NCBI RefSeq assembly: GCF_020745735.1
Contig: NW_026867486.1
Location: 62,001-126,000, forward strand
Length of the DNA stretch: 64,000 nucleotides
Source: Hemiscyllium ocellatum
Taxonomy: Eukaryota
Direction: 5' to 3'
Shown: piece by piece, positions 1 through 12,755 of the stretch
How the letters are laid out: the number at the start of each line of letters is the position of its first letter
Numbering within the stretch: position 1 is the stretch's first letter
The notes under the pieces: model-generated
What the model saw: only the letters and a program-made list of their open reading frames with translations
Told to the model about the DNA's origin: nothing
Database searches by the model: none
Program-made: the position numbers and the translations under genes

Positions 1-1610
1 ATAGGTGAGTGGGGGTGGGAAGAAGGTGATAGGTATGGGGGGAGGGGTGGTGGAGTGGATGGGTGGAAAAGAAGATAGGCAGGTACGACAAGTCAGGGGA
101 CAGTGCTGAGCTGGAAGTTTAGAATGGGGTGAGGTGGGGTAATGGGAAATGAGGAAGCTGTTGAAGTCCACATTAATGCCCTGGGGTTGAAGTGTTCCGA
201 GGCGGAAGATGAGGCGTTCTTCCTCCAGGCGTCTGGTGGGGAGGGAGCGGCGGCGAAGGAGGCCCAGGACCTCCATGTCCTCGGCAGAGTGCGAGAGGGA
301 GTTCAAATGTTGGGCCACAGGGCGGTGTGGTTGATTGGTGTGGGTGTCCCAGAGATGTTCCCTAAAGCGCTCTGCTAGGAGGCGTCCAGTCTCCCCAATG
401 TACAGGAGACCGCATCGGGAGCGATGGATACAATAAATGATATTGGTGGATGTGCAGGAAAAGCTTTGATGGGTGTGGAAGGCTCCTTTAGGGCCTTGGA
501 TGGAGGTGAGGAAGGAGGTGTGGGCGCAGGTTTTGCAATTCCTGCGGTGGCAGGGGAAGGTGCCAGGATGGGAGGGTGGGTTGTAGGGGGGCATGAACCT
601 GACCAGGGAGTCACAGAGGGAACGGTCTTTGCGGAAGGTGGAAAGGGATGGGGAGGGAAATATATCCCTCGTGTGGGGTGCGTTTGAAGGTGGCAGAAAT
701 GTCAGCAGATGATTTGGTTTATGCGAAGGTTGGTAGGAGGGAAGGTGAGCACCAGGGGCGTTCTGCCCTTGTTACGGTTGGAGGGGTGGGCTCTGAGGGC
801 GGCGGTGTGGGATGTGGAAAAGATGCTTTGGAGGGCATCTTTAACCACGTGGGAAGGGAAATTGCGGTATCTGTAGAAGGAGGCCATCTGGTGTGTTCTG
901 TGGTGGAACTGGCCCTCCTGGGAACAGATACGGCAGAGGCAAAGGAATTGGGAATACGGGATGGCATTTTTGCAGGAGGTAGGGTGGGAAGAGATGTAAT
1001 CCAGGTAGCTGTGGAAGTCTGTGGGTTTATAAAATACCAGTGTCAAGTCGGTCATTATTAATGGAGATGGAGAGGTCCAGGAAGGGGAGGGAGGTGTCAG
1101 ATGGTCCAGGGAAATTTAAGGTCAGGGTGGAATGTGTTGGTGAAGTTGATGAATTGCTCAACTTCCTCGCGGGAGCACGAGGTGGTGCCAATGCAGTCAT
1201 GAATGTAACAGAGGAAGAGGTGGGGAGTGGTAGAAGGTGGACTGTTTTACGTAGCCAACAAAGAGACAGGCATAACTGGGGGCTATACGGGTGCCCATGG
1301 CTGTCCCTTTGGTCTGGAGGAGGTGGGAGGATTCGAAGGAGAAATTGTTAAGGGTGAGGACCAGTTTGGCCAGACGAATGAGTGTGTCGGTGGAAGGATA
1401 CTGTTGGGGACCTCGGGAGAGGAAGAAACAGAGGGCTTGGAGGCCCTGGCCATGGCGGATGGAGGTGTAGAGGGATTGGATATCCATGGTGAAAATGAGA
1501 CGTTGGGGTTTGGGGAAACGGAAGTCTTGGAGGAGGTGGAGGGTGTGGGTGGTGTCCTGAACGTATGTGGGGAGTTCCTGGACTGGGGGGATAGGACAGT
1601 GTCGAAGTAC
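1..1610 (-). mobile_element. Penelope-like retroelement, degenerate RT and GIY-YIG region
   Basis: Minus-strand ORF pieces MDIQSLYTSI, GTAMGTRIAPSYACLFVGYV and FYKPTDFHSYLDYISSHP..KNAIPYSQF are typical Penelope RT motifs. Homologous to 30797-32300. Contains frameshifts. Confidence 0.9.
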
Positions 1611-1955
1611 GTACTCACTGTCCCCTCTCCCCGGGCGCTCAGGCCTGGCGACGTCTCCGAAACCTGTTTCTGTTCTGAAAGAGCATCACTGGACACGTAA
1701 CGTTTCCTCGGATTCCCTTGACACATGCAGCCAGGGCTGCTCAACTTTTCCAGCGGTTTCTGTTCTTGTTCCTTAAGCCGCCGGCGTCATTCCTCTCCCA
1801 CACTCAGTAACACTGTCTTTGTCCCACTACATGACCTACACTGCACATGCGCCAACACAAGGGGCTGGGTGACCAGACCGTGACGTCACTCCGCGTGGAG
1901 TGGGCGCGGTTAGACGAGGCATCCAACCAATCGGAGGCAATGGGGGCGGGGCGAA
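1611..1955 (-). promoter_or_regulatory. CpG-rich promoter with probable non-coding first exon reading leftward
   Basis: CRE TGACGTCA at 1881-1888, CCAAT at 1927-1931, GC box GGGGCGGGGC at ~1943-1952, NRF1-like TGCACATGCGCC at 1842-1853. Minus-strand donor GTGAGTAC at 1611-1618. Confidence 0.55.
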
Positions 1956-2059
1956 TGTGTTCCCTGCTCCCCTCGCCAGCCACCTGAAAGGTGGGGTTTT
2001 CTTTATTAAAAAAAATGTCTTTTCCGAAATGTTATTCCAGACCTCGAAAGATGAAACAT

Positions 2060-2670
2060 TGGAAAACTTGCAAACATAAACGAAGGGATACTAAAAAAAA
2101 CGAATAAAGGTAAATTACGAAAGAAACCTAGCGCAAAATATCAAAAAGAATAGCAAAAGCTTGTGTTGGCATGCTGAAGGGAACAGAGTTACTCAAGCCC
2201 CTTGGAAGATGAAACCGGTGAGTTATAGGAGGAACACTGAAATGGCAGAGATGCTAAGTCAATCCTTTTCCTCAGTTTTCAAGCTGGAGGACAACAGTAC
2301 CATTCCTATTGGAATGGGCAAGTCAGAGATTATAGAAAGGATAGAACTTAAACAATAACATTGAGAAAGAAAAGTTACACAGCAAACCATTAGGATTGAG
2401 GGCAGACAAGTCCCCTGGGCCTGACGGCATACATGCCAGGGTACTATATAGACTTCAGTAAGGCGTTTGACAAGATTCCCCAAGGGGGACAAGTTCGCAA
2501 GGTTAGATATCATCGAATACAGCGAGAACTAGTAATTTGGATACAGTACCAGCTCACAGGTAGGAAGACAGAGGGTGGTGGTGGAGAGTTGCTTTTCAGA
2601 CTGGAGGCCTGTGACCAGCAGTATACCACAAGGATGGGTGCTAGGTCCACCACATTTCATCATTTATATA
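2060..2670 (+). mobile_element. Old CR1 LINE ORF2 fragments
   Basis: Degenerate translations such as AEMLSQSFSSVF and DFSKAFDKIP, similar to the downstream CR1 copies. Confidence 0.75.
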
Positions 2671-2675
2671 AATAT

Positions 2676-4904
2676 TCCTGTCAGGGCGAAAGGGAAGGCT
2701 GGTAGGTATAGGGAATGCTAGATAAGTAAAGTAAAGAAATTGAGGGTCTGGTTAAGAAAAAGAAGGAAGCATATGTCAGGTATAGACAGGATAGATCGAG
2801 TGAATCATTAGAAGAGTTGAAAGAAAGTAGGAGGATACTTAAGAGGGAAATCAGGAGGGCAAAAAGGGGACATGAAATAGCTTTGGCAAATAGAATTAAG
2901 GAGAATCCAAATGGCTTTTACAAATATGTTGAAGACAAAAGGGTAACTAGGGAGAGAATCGGGCCCCTCAAAGATCAGCAGGTCAAGCAGCAGGAGAATC
3001 GACGTTTCGGGCATAAGCCCTTCTCCAGGAATCGGGCTTATGCCCGAAACGTCGATTCTCCTGCTCCTTGGATGCTGCTTGACCTGCTGCGCGTTTCCAG
3101 CAACACATTTTTCAGCTCTTATCTCCAGCATCTACAGTCCTCACTTTCCCCTCAAAGATCAGCAAGGTGGCCTTTGTGTGGAGCCACAGAAAGTTGGGGA
3201 GATACTAAATGAATATTTTGTGGAAGTATTTACTGTGGAAAAGGACATGGAAGTTATAGACTGTAGGGAAATAGATGGTGACATCTTGCAAAATGTCCAG
3301 ATTACAGAGGAGGAAGTACTGGATGTCTTGAAATGTTTAAAAGTGGATAAATCCCCCGGAACTGATCAGGTGTACCCGAGAACTCTGTGGGAAGCTAGAG
3401 AAGTGATTGCTGGGCCTCTTGCTGAGATATTTGTATCATCGGTAGTCACAGGTGAGGTGCTGGAAGACTGGAGGTTGGCAAACGTGGTGCCACTGTTTAA
3501 GAAGGGGGGGTAAAGACAAGCCAGGGAACTATTGACCGGTGAGCCTGACCTTGGTGGTGGGCAAGTTGTTGGAGGGAATCCTGAGGGACAGGATGTGCAT
3601 GTATTTGGAAAAGCAAGGACTGATTCGGGATAGTCAACATGGCTTTGTGCGTGGGAAAATCATGTCTCACGAACTTGATTGAGCTTTTTGAAGAAGTAAC
3701 AAAGAAGATTGATGATGGCAGAGCAGAAGATCTGATCTATATGGACTTCGGTAAGGCGTTCGACAAGGTTCCCATGGGAGACTGATTAGCAAGGTTAGAT
3801 CTCATGGAATACAGGGAGAACTAGCCATTTGGTTACAGAACTAGTTCAAAGGTAGAAGAGGATGGTGGTGGAGGGTTGTTTTTCAGTCTGGAAGTCTGTG
3901 ACCAGTGGAGTGCCACAAGGATCAGTGCTGAGTCCCCTACTTTTTGTCATTTACATAAATGATTTGGATACAAGCATAAGAGGTACAGTTAGTAAGTTTG
4001 CAGATGACACCAAAATTGGAGGTGTAGTGGACAGCAAAGAGGGTTACCTCAGATTACAACAGGATCTGGACCAGATGGACCAATGGCTGAGAAGTGGCAG
4101 ATGGAGTTTATTTCAGATAAATGCGAGGTGCTGCATTTTGGGAAAGCAAATCTTAGCAGGACTTATACACTTCATGGTAAGGTCCTAGAGAGTGTTGCTG
4201 AACAAATAGACCTTAGAGTGCAGGTTCATAGCTCCTTGAAAGTGGAGTCGCAGGTAGACAGAATAGTGAAGGCGGCGTTTGGTATGCTTTCCTTTATTGG
4301 TCAGAGTATAGGAGTTGGAAGGTCATGTTGCGACTGTACAGAATATTGGTTAGGCCACTGCTGGAATATTGCATGCAGTTCTGGTCTCCTTCCTATTGGA
4401 AAGATGTTGTGAAACTTGAACGGGTTCAGAAAAGATTGACAAGGATGTTGCCAGGGTTGGAGGATCTGAGCTACAGGGAAAGGCTGAACAGGCTGGTGCT
4501 GTTTTCCCTGGAGCGTCGGAGGCTGAGGGGTGACCTTCTAGAGATTTACAAAATGAGGGGCATGGATAGGATAAATAGACAAAATCTTTTCCCTGGGGTT
4601 GGGGAGTCCAGAACAAGAGGGCATAGGTTTGGGGTGAGAGGGGAAAGATATAAAAGAGATCTAAGGGGCAATTTTTTCAAGCAGAGGATGGTATGTGTAT
4701 TGAATGAACTGCCAGAGGAAGTGATGAAGGCGAGAACAATTGCAACATTTAAGAGGCATTTGGATGGTATATAAATAGGAAGGGTTTGAAGGGATATGGG
4801 CCGGGTGCTGGCAGGTGGGACTAGATTGGGTTTGGGATATCTGGTCAGCATGGATGGGTTAGACCGAAGGGTCTCTTTCCATGCTGTGCATCTCTATGAC
4901 TCTA
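2676..4904 (+). mobile_element. 5'-truncated CR1 (HER1-like) LINE, degenerate ORF2 plus 3' UTR
   Basis: KSPGTDQVYPRTL, DWRLANVVPLFKKG, GVPQGSVLSPLLF, SKFADDTK, RRLRGDL. Tail ctctatgactcta at ~4892-4904. Confidence 0.93.
2981..3147. mobile_element. Short fold-back Penelope terminal-repeat insertion inside the CR1
   Basis: Internal inverted repeat (gagaatcgacgtttcgggcataagccc ... gggcttatgcccgaaacgtcgattctc) flanked by a 17-bp direct repeat cccctcaaagatcagca at 2964-2980 and 3148-3164. Confidence 0.85.
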
Positions 4905-5804
4905 AATGCTGTGGATGTCACTATACGACAGTTACTAATTTTGCAGATGACACCAAAATTAAAGGTGTAGTGGACAGCGAAGATGCTTAGCTCAGAGGAC
5001 AACAAGACCTTAATCAGATGGGTCAATGGGCTGAGAAGTGGCAGACGGAGTTTAATTTAGATACATATGAGGCACTGCATTTTGGAAAAGCATATCAGAG
5101 GAGGACTTATACACTTAATGGTAAGATCCAAGGGAGTGTTGCTGAACAAAGATCTGGAGTGCAGGTTCATAGCTCCTTGAAAGTAGTCACAGATAGATAA
5201 GATAGCGAAGGTGGTGTTTGGAATGCTTTCCTTTATTGGTCAGAGTATCGAGTATTGAAGTTGGGAGGTGATGTTGCAGCTGTACAGGGCATTGGTTAGA
5301 CCACTTTTGGAATATTGTGTGCAGTTCTGGTCTCCTTTCTGTCAGAAGTTTGTTGTGAAACTTGAAAGGGTTCAAAAAAAAAAGAGTTAGAAGGAAGTTG
5401 CCAGGGTTGGAGGATTTGAGCTATCGAGAGAAGCTGAATAGGTTGGTCCTGTTTTCCCTGGAGTATCGGAGGCTGAGAGGTGACCTTACAGAGATTTATA
5501 AAATCATGAGGGGCATTGATAGGATAAACAGACAAGGTCTTTTCCCTGAGTTGGGGGGAGTCTAGAACTAGATGGCATACATTTAGGGTGAGAGGGGAAA
5601 GAAATAAAAGGGACTTAAGGGACAACTTTTTCAAGCAAAGGGTGGCGCGGGTATGGAATTAGCTGCTTGAGGAAGTCGTGAAGGCTGGTAAAATTACAAT
5701 ATTTGAATGGAATCTGGATGGAAGGGTTTAGAGGGATATGGGCCAAGTGCTAGCAAATGGTACTAGATTGTTTAGGCTAACTGGTCAACATGGATGAGTT
5801 AGAG
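4905..5804 (+). mobile_element. CR1 LINE 3' fragment, cut by the ERV LTR
   Basis: FADDTK, WAEKWQ and RRLRGDL motifs. The 3' UTR stops abruptly at the LTR start. Confidence 0.88.
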
Positions 5805-7262
5805 TGTTAAAGTAGGGATTTGAGACAGCCCAGGGAATCCCTTGTGGAGTCAGACCTGTAACCTCTCACGATTCGTCCTGGAGATCGTACTCTTTGAGAG
5901 TCTGGAATAAAAAAACTCTTATAGACTGTTTAGTTTAATTTTAGTTATCCCCTTTATTTACCAACAGCTCCACTGATACCGATAAGCTAAACTCGCTAGG
6001 TTCTAGTAACCTAGGAGAGTAGGGGGCCAACTCTTCAAGTGCCCTGGCAGGCTACTCTGATGTACTGATACAAAGTGGTTTCCTTTACACAAAGATTTAC
6101 AAAAACATTGCATGTTCTTAATTCGTAAGGAAGAAAAGTTAATTGACAGGTCACTGTACGCTTGACTAATCACTCCCACAGGCTCTAAGCCATTCATCAG
6201 GTGGGAAAAACATACCCAGCCGAGTGAGGTGCCTGCTAGCAAGATAAACTCCTATCATAAAGGGGTATCAGTCTGAGCTAATTGGAGAGTTCCTAACCTT
6301 GCACAGGTCACAGGTCAGATACAACTGTTTTCCAAAATGGCTTCTTAGCAGGAGAGCAAACTTTTGATCATAAAATGGCTTGCTGACACATTGTGCCAGA
6401 ATCTCTTCAATGTTAGGCCTAGAATAATTTCTAAGCGAGGAGCAGACCCCTGCTTTTTAGGCACTGAATCATACGGTACCTGAGGCTGAGATGTTACCAA
6501 AAGGTTGCATTTAAACTGATTCATTAGTCTTCGAATTAAACATGCTTTCTTTTCAGGGTTGTGATTCAAATAAGACATAAGATCTGATTAGTTGGAATTG
6601 ACAGTGGGGCAGTCTGAAAGGTCTGTAGAGTGGTCTGCAAGAACAGCAAGTAAGTTAAAGCTTCAATGTTACGTTTTACAGAGTTCATATTTAATAACTG
6701 GTAATGGCTACTCAATACCATCATAAAGTCTCAAAAATGCAATTACGTTCAATCCAAAGCAGGTAAGCACGAAGAGTTAATTTTTTAATGGCTTCGGGAG
6801 CCCCAGTGCTATAATGGTTTCTCTGTCACTCTTGTCCTTTTGAACTCTCAAGTCAGGGAGTTATAACAGCAACGGTGTTTTCCCTCGGTTTGCCTAGCTT
6901 GCAAGGGGTAATAAGAATCCATTATAATTAACAGTTCCTGACTGTCAATTACAAGGCCTTTGATAGTACTGAATTTCGTTTCGGGGGTCAGAATCAAACG
7001 CTGTCATTAATTTCACAAGGGAACAGCCATGAATGTTATCACTGTGTCCTATTTACACAGTTCACTGTTAAGGCAAATGTTCTTAATTGCCTTAGGGTAT
7101 CCTGTTATCACTTTGTTATCTTCTGCATACCTTGAGTTCTCCACTTTTACCAAGCCTCCCTGCCTGTCTATTTTTTAGTGTGCAGCAAATGTGCTCTATA
7201 ATTCAACATTACATTTTAGTTTAAATGTTTAAAGACAAGTTTTATGGCTATAGACTTTCTTA
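5805..7262 (-). repeat. ERV 3' LTR (long form, ~1.46 kb)
   Basis: Starts tgttaaagta. Both ends align with 12756-13398. Adjacent polypurine tract (minus strand aaaaggagggaa) at ~7263-7274. The inner end is approximate. Confidence 0.75.
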
Positions 7263-7315
7263 TTCCCTCCTTTTATTATTTCATGACAACTACTTGGCTT
7301 ATAATTATTATTAGG

Positions 7316-7414
7316 GTAAAAAATTAGGTCTGCAGATGCTGGAGATCGCAGTTGAAAATGTGTTGCTGGTTAAAGCACAGCAGGTCAGGCAGCATCCAAG
7401 GAATAGGAATAGGA
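7316..7414 (-). mobile_element. Short Penelope terminal-repeat insertion
   Basis: Matches the ctgcagatgctggaga..gcacagcaggtcaggcagcatc family. Flanked by an aattattag direct repeat. Confidence 0.7.
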
Positions 7415-7605
7415 AATTATTAGTCCATCCAGTCAATGTATATTTTCAAATAAGTCAAGTGCCTCCTCTGCCAGGTCATCGTCCAGAGGAGCAGAGTCTG
7501 AAAGATACAGGATTTCAGCATGGAAGTTCAGGCACAGAGTTAGAGGGGTAGACAAGGGTCAATTAACCAGATGCTCTTTGGCTTAGGTGAAAAACAATGC
7601 ACAGT

Positions 7606-7797
7606 CTATTTCACGCATAAGCAGACGACAGTGTGTATTCCTAGGATGAGTCCAAGGACTATCAGTACATCCCACACGATCCATCCACACAGCGATCATA
7701 GCCAGCAAGTAAACTTCCATCCACACGAATCAGGCAACAGTTGGGCAGGTATCTTCCCTGCATCTTGACCCGTTTTGTTGATCACATCTGTGACGTA
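7606..7797 (-). pseudogene. env: ERV env transmembrane-subunit C-terminal remnant
   Basis: My translation: YVTDVINKTGQDAGKIP..CGWKFTCWL*SLCGWIVWDVLIVLGLILGIHTVVCLCVK*. This is a Trp-rich stretch followed by a hydrophobic span, just upstream of the PPT. Confidence 0.6.
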
Positions 7798-8990
7798 CGT
7801 AAGATCAGAACATGGTTTAGTAACAAGTTCATTTATGAGAACACAATCATGGGGAGGATCAGGCAGTTCAAGTGGTTCTTCCTGCAGGAATGTAGCGGGG
7901 TAATGTTAGAGCAGTATTTAAAGGAGAGAAATGGATTCAGAAGTAATGAAATCTCATAGCGACTGATACGAACCATAGCGGGGCGCAGAGTATGTTTAGA
8001 AATCAGCAAGGATACTGCAGAATGCGAGGTACAGACTTCTACATTTTGATGTAAAGTTATATTAGAGGCAGCCACTACCAGAGTGTGGATGGCAGAGAGA
8101 ATCTGGGTGCAGAAAGGCATACCTTGAGCAAAAGGATCAAGCTCAGTAGAATAATAGGCAATAGGGCACCAAGAGGAGCCATGTTGCTGGGTGAGAACAG
8201 CTGGAGCACAGGTATCAAGGATGGCAACATAAAGATGAAAGTGGCAGTCATACAAACGTCGGCCCAGTGTGGTGCTGAAGAGAGGGTCATTTTAAGCTCC
8301 GTAAAGATTTGTAGTTGTTTTGGGGTGAGTTCATACTGTTAAGGCTCATTAGGAACTTAACTTTGTTGGAGGGGGTACAATATAACCACATTGATGTGGA
8401 TGGTTGAGAAAGGTAGTGGAGTCAGTGTGATTGGACACTTTGTCAGGGCTAGCAAGGAGGTCAATGTTTTGAACTAGGGTAGCGTCTCCAGGAAATTCAA
8501 ATAATTCAAGCTGGGCTTGAAGAGTCTCTGAAAAGAATGTGGGCGAGTGAATAAACCCTTGAGGTAGGCAAGTCCACGTATATTGGTGGCCCTTAAAAGA
8601 AGGCAAAAATGTATTGGGCTATTTGGATGCAAAGGAAGACAAAAGAATGCATGTTGGAGGTCAACGACAGCGAAGATCTTGGCATCTGCTGGAACTTGGC
8701 TGAGGATAGTAGCAGGATTGGCAACTGGAGGATTATGAGCTTCAATGATTTTATTTACTTCATGAAGGTCGTGAACGACATTCATGACATCCTGGTTTAG
8801 GGATCGGAAAGATAGGTGTATTGACAGAAGAATGGCATGGGACTAGAAGGCCTTGCTGTAGAAATGAATCAATGACGGGTTGAATGCCAGCTTCACCTTC
8901 TGGTTTCAGGGGGTATTGAGATATAGATAGGAGGACAGAATTAGCTTTGGTCAAAATGGAATGGGTGGGACCTGAGCAAGGCCCACTTGT
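7798..8990 (-). pseudogene. pol: ERV pol: reverse transcriptase and connection domain, disrupted
   Basis: QYPLKPEGEAGIQPVI, VNTPIFPIPKP, VVDLQHAFFCLPLHP, YTWTCLPQGFIHSPTFF, degenerate YxDD (QNIDLL), PIAYYSTELDP. Confidence 0.92.
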
Positions 8991-9061
8991 GTTTTGGAGT
9001 CCACACAGACTCCAGGATATACTGCGTCCTGCAGGCGAGGGTAGGCATGATGATGATGAAG

Positions 9062-9177
9062 AGGTAAAAACAATGACTGCAGATGCTGGAAACCAGATTC
9101 TGGATCAGTGGTGCTGGAAGAGCACAGCAGTTCAGGCAGCATCCAATGAGCAGCGAAATCGCGTTTCGGGCAAAAGC
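9062..9177 (-). mobile_element. Short Penelope terminal-repeat insertion in the ERV
   Basis: Flanked by a 16-bp direct repeat catgatgatgatgaag at 9046-9061 and 9178-9193. Confidence 0.85.
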
Positions 9178-9299
9178 CATGATGATGATGAAGGCTGCCA
9201 TGGATCAACTAAGGCTGTGCATAAAATAGGATTGATCCTTGAGCAAGCAGCTGAATTTCACAGCAAGTATGATCAGCATGGTCAAAAAGAGTCTTAGCG

Positions 9300-9982
9300 T
9301 CAAAACCTACATCTTGGGCTTTGTGTTCTGGGTTCAAATGAGGGGGCCAATTTTCCAGCTATGAGGGGGAACTGACACGAAAAGAACGCCACCAGCTGGT
9401 GACCTGATCTCACCAATCACCCAAGCGTGCTTAGTGCCCAGTAAGGGATTATAACATGTGTTCAAGTCTGAGATCATTCCCAGATGAGTCATAAGCTAAA
9501 GTAAGGTGGGGGTGAGGGACGTTATGTAAAATAGGATCAAAAGCGTAAGGATCCAAATCAAATGACCACCATCGAGGAGGCTTTGGTTTGATATTGATGC
9601 ATTGAACAAAATGAGGTGGATCCTGATTCAGGATACCATCATCATGACATTCAATAGTAATATTTAGAGGACAGAGGAGATCTCTAGCAAGTAGAGGGAT
9701 ATGTAATCCATTAGTAACAACAAAGCAAAAAGGGAATGTGACACAATTTTTCCACACCACTGTCAGAGGGACAGCGTATGCATGTTTATTAGAGAAACCA
9801 TCAAAACATTGCTGGGTTTCATCATCGTCCGAGATTTGAAAATCAAAAGCATGAGCAAGATGGATGGGAAGTGATGAAACAGTGGCTCCTGTGTCAAACA
9901 TGAATTCAATATCGTGGCCATTACGGTTAAGAATTAGCATAGGTCCGTCCTCTGGACTGGCGGTAAGTATGGGAAAATTCAA
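9300..9982 (-). pseudogene. pro: ERV protease followed by a putative 2H-phosphoesterase domain
   Basis: IEFMFDTGATVSSL and LLARDLL (aspartyl protease), then PHPHLTLAY and, after frameshifts, PHLNPEHKAQDVG. Confidence 0.85.
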
Positions 9983-9999
9983 AGCAGGAAGCTGCTCTA

Positions 10000-12000
10000 T
10001 ACCCGGGAGTCCGTTTTGAAAAGGGTTTTGTGCAGTAAAAGGGGCAACCTGCTGAGGTCACTGGGGAGGGAGACCAGGAGATTGTCTGTTGTTTTTACTC
10101 CAGTGATGAACCAGGGACTGCTATGGAAAGGGCAGTTCTTGGACCAATGTCCTGGTTGATTGCAAATGAAACAAAGGTGTAGTTGTTGGGGGACCCTAGG
10201 GGGTGGGGGAGGCAGTGAAGAGTAATGAGAGGGTGTATAGGGGCATCATGGACTGTTGGGGAAGGATACATAGGATCACCGCATGGTCCATTGGGATGTT
10301 GTGAATACACAGTACCATTTCTACGGTCCTGCCATACTGGACGATAGTATGAGGGTTTCATTTGTTCGCTTGACTGACCTTGCAGACGGAAAGGTCTACT
10401 TTGAATCCTGGGTTTAGGTTTAGCCACTGTAGTTTGGTCAATTTCTGTCTTGACCGTGCCAACGGTAGCCTTACTCTTGGGATCCTTTAGTTCCCAGAAG
10501 TAACAAACCTCTTGGCTGAATTGTGCACCCTCAGCATCTTGCTCGTGGATGTTGTGGGTTTTAATAGCTTTCTGTACCTGATCAGGTAAGACGGTCATAC
10601 ATATGGCATTAAATTGGGATGATCACCCTTGTAGGTAGTTAGCGTCAACAGAAGAAGCGCTATAGCATTCCTTAAAATGGGTAAGAAACTCCTCAGCCCC
10701 TTCGCCCAAGCTGGGTTTACATGTTAAGACTTTACCCACATCAACTACGCGATGCACGCTTGGTGGAGACAGGTAATAATCCAATCTGATAGTTTTGGCC
10801 GGGTGCCGGACTACAAGTTGGGTATGATTATTACCTCAAAATTTCTCAGAACTCGCCCATTTTTCAGGTGAAAATCTGCATTCTGAGGTGAACCAGATCT
10901 TGGGAGGCATCATTATAAATGGTCTTAGTCCTATTAATGTAATTAACAGATCCCTCAGGATTCCTTCCATAATCTGCAACCTTATTGATAATGCTTGAGA
11001 ATCATGAGGTTTCCATGGTCGATAAAGATCCATAAATTGGGCTTGTCCCAGATTCAGAGGCTGTGGGTCAGGAACCTCTTCTATTCAGGAAATTTCTTTT
11101 TTGCCCTCCCACATCACAGGGTGAGTGCAAGGACCAATATTAAGGTCCTGAGACTTTGATTGCAAATTTAGTTTAGGGGCAGTGGAAATCAAAAGGAGTC
11201 TCTTCAATGTTTCTTCCAGATTTTAATTTGAATTGACTCCTAGTACGGTAGGCACCAGGTTTGTGGTAAGCCGAATTCTTATTCGGCATAACAGCTGGGG
11301 GAAGGTCTTGAGCCTTGGCACATTCGTCATCAGAGTAAGGGGGGAGGGTTCAGGGAGGGAACCGGAGGTGGTCAGCTGACAGGATGGGAGGCATAAAATA
11401 TTTCCTCCTTCGAATCAGTATCCCATCCACAAATGGATCAGGATTCTTCAGTAATGGGTCTCTGGAAGAGGGGAGGTTGGGGTATAAGGAACAGTCCTTG
11501 TCAGCTTCGTCCTGCCCAGCTGCAATTGCAGTCTGTTGTTTATTCACCAGTTTCCTTTTTCTTTGATGCCCTTGACGTTTCAACGTAGATTCTGAATTTT
11601 TAAAAAATTTTCTCCCTTGCCTATTCCAATTCTGCTTCTAAATCATGTGCTTCACATTTATGTTTTAGTTCTGTCCAATTTAGTTCAGATCTTTCCTCAG
11701 TTAATGGACTAACTCCCCTTTTAATACAGTTTTGTCTCCATGATGGTTGCATGGATTTTTCCCATTTTTCCTCGAGCTACCCTTTTCCACTCTGATAAGA
11801 CTTCTTTCTGCTTTCTTCCCTTTCTTTTTTTCCCAAATCCCTTGTTCAATTTTAGTGAATAGAATTAAATCATGTGTGCCTCCTAGAGACCAATCCTTAT
11901 TCTGTTGAGCAGCTGCAGCTGATATTCTCAATTGTTTCTCATAATTAAGGATACAGACTTGTTATTTCTGTTCAGGGACATTTGTCTTCCACCTTATCTA
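10000..12000 (-). pseudogene. gag: ERV gag, disrupted
   Basis: Matrix-like WSLGGTHDL, capsid-like YRPWKPHD and KVLTCKP..GAEEFL, CCHC knuckle CFICNQPGHWSKNC at ~10133-10174. Start position approximate. Confidence 0.85.
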
Positions 12001-12734
12001 GGGGCACACTCAGTTATCCTACCTACTTTAAATCTTTGAAAACTACTGATCTACATGGGCTCCAGCCTCACAGAACACAAACATTCACTCGTCAACAAGC
12101 AAATGTGCATCCAAACCAAATCTCAAAAGGATTAAACTTTCTGCAAGCCGCAGGGAATCAGTGCTGACTTTCTGTGTCACGCGCGCGCTCCCTCGTACAT
12201 ACACATGAACATGTTAAGAGGAACGAGGCACTCACAGTCCACGTATCTCATAAATCCTGGATGTGGCACATAGTTGTTTAACCAAGTATACAAGAATTGT
12301 ATCACTGGCCAACTTTCTTTTTATTTTATACATGACAAAAGCAGCAGCCACCCTCTATATTTCATAAACGAAGAACACCCAAACAGAACAAAATCACAAC
12401 TAACAAACAAGACAAAACAGCAAAGCAAGACAAGCCAAGCTGAACAGATACAGAGAAGATAATCTCGACATAAAACTTTCACTAATCAACAACCCGACAA
12501 TGAACAATAAGACTAATGATTCCTGCAAAACATTCTCGGTTTTCAGTCCTATGTAAACGATCTCATTTAGGGTTCTGAGAGGGTACCAAGAGAAAAATGG
12601 GGGAAAAACACCACACAGATGTAGACAGAGAGTAATCAAGGTACAATTTTACCTTGTGGGTCCATTGGTCTTGAGTCCAACCCTTAGATGGAACTCTTCT
12701 TTTCCAGTTTCAGTCAAATGTAGCCCTTGTTGGA

Positions 12735-12752
12735 ACCCTGCTTGCAGCGCCA
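12735..12752 (-). promoter_or_regulatory. Retroviral primer-binding site, tRNA-Ser type
   Basis: TGGCGCTGCAAGCAGGGT lies 3 nt after the 5' LTR. The plus strand gttggaaccctgcttgcagcgcca resembles the 3' end of vertebrate tRNA-Ser(UGA/CGA). Confidence 0.8.
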
Positions 12753-12755
12753 AAT

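Noticed and set aside
142-1776. Multiple plus-strand ORFs
   Set aside because: Antisense to the Penelope ORF.
12729-12752. tRNA-Ser fragment as an RNA gene
   Set aside because: Only the 3' end including CCA, adjacent to an LTR, so it is a primer-binding site.
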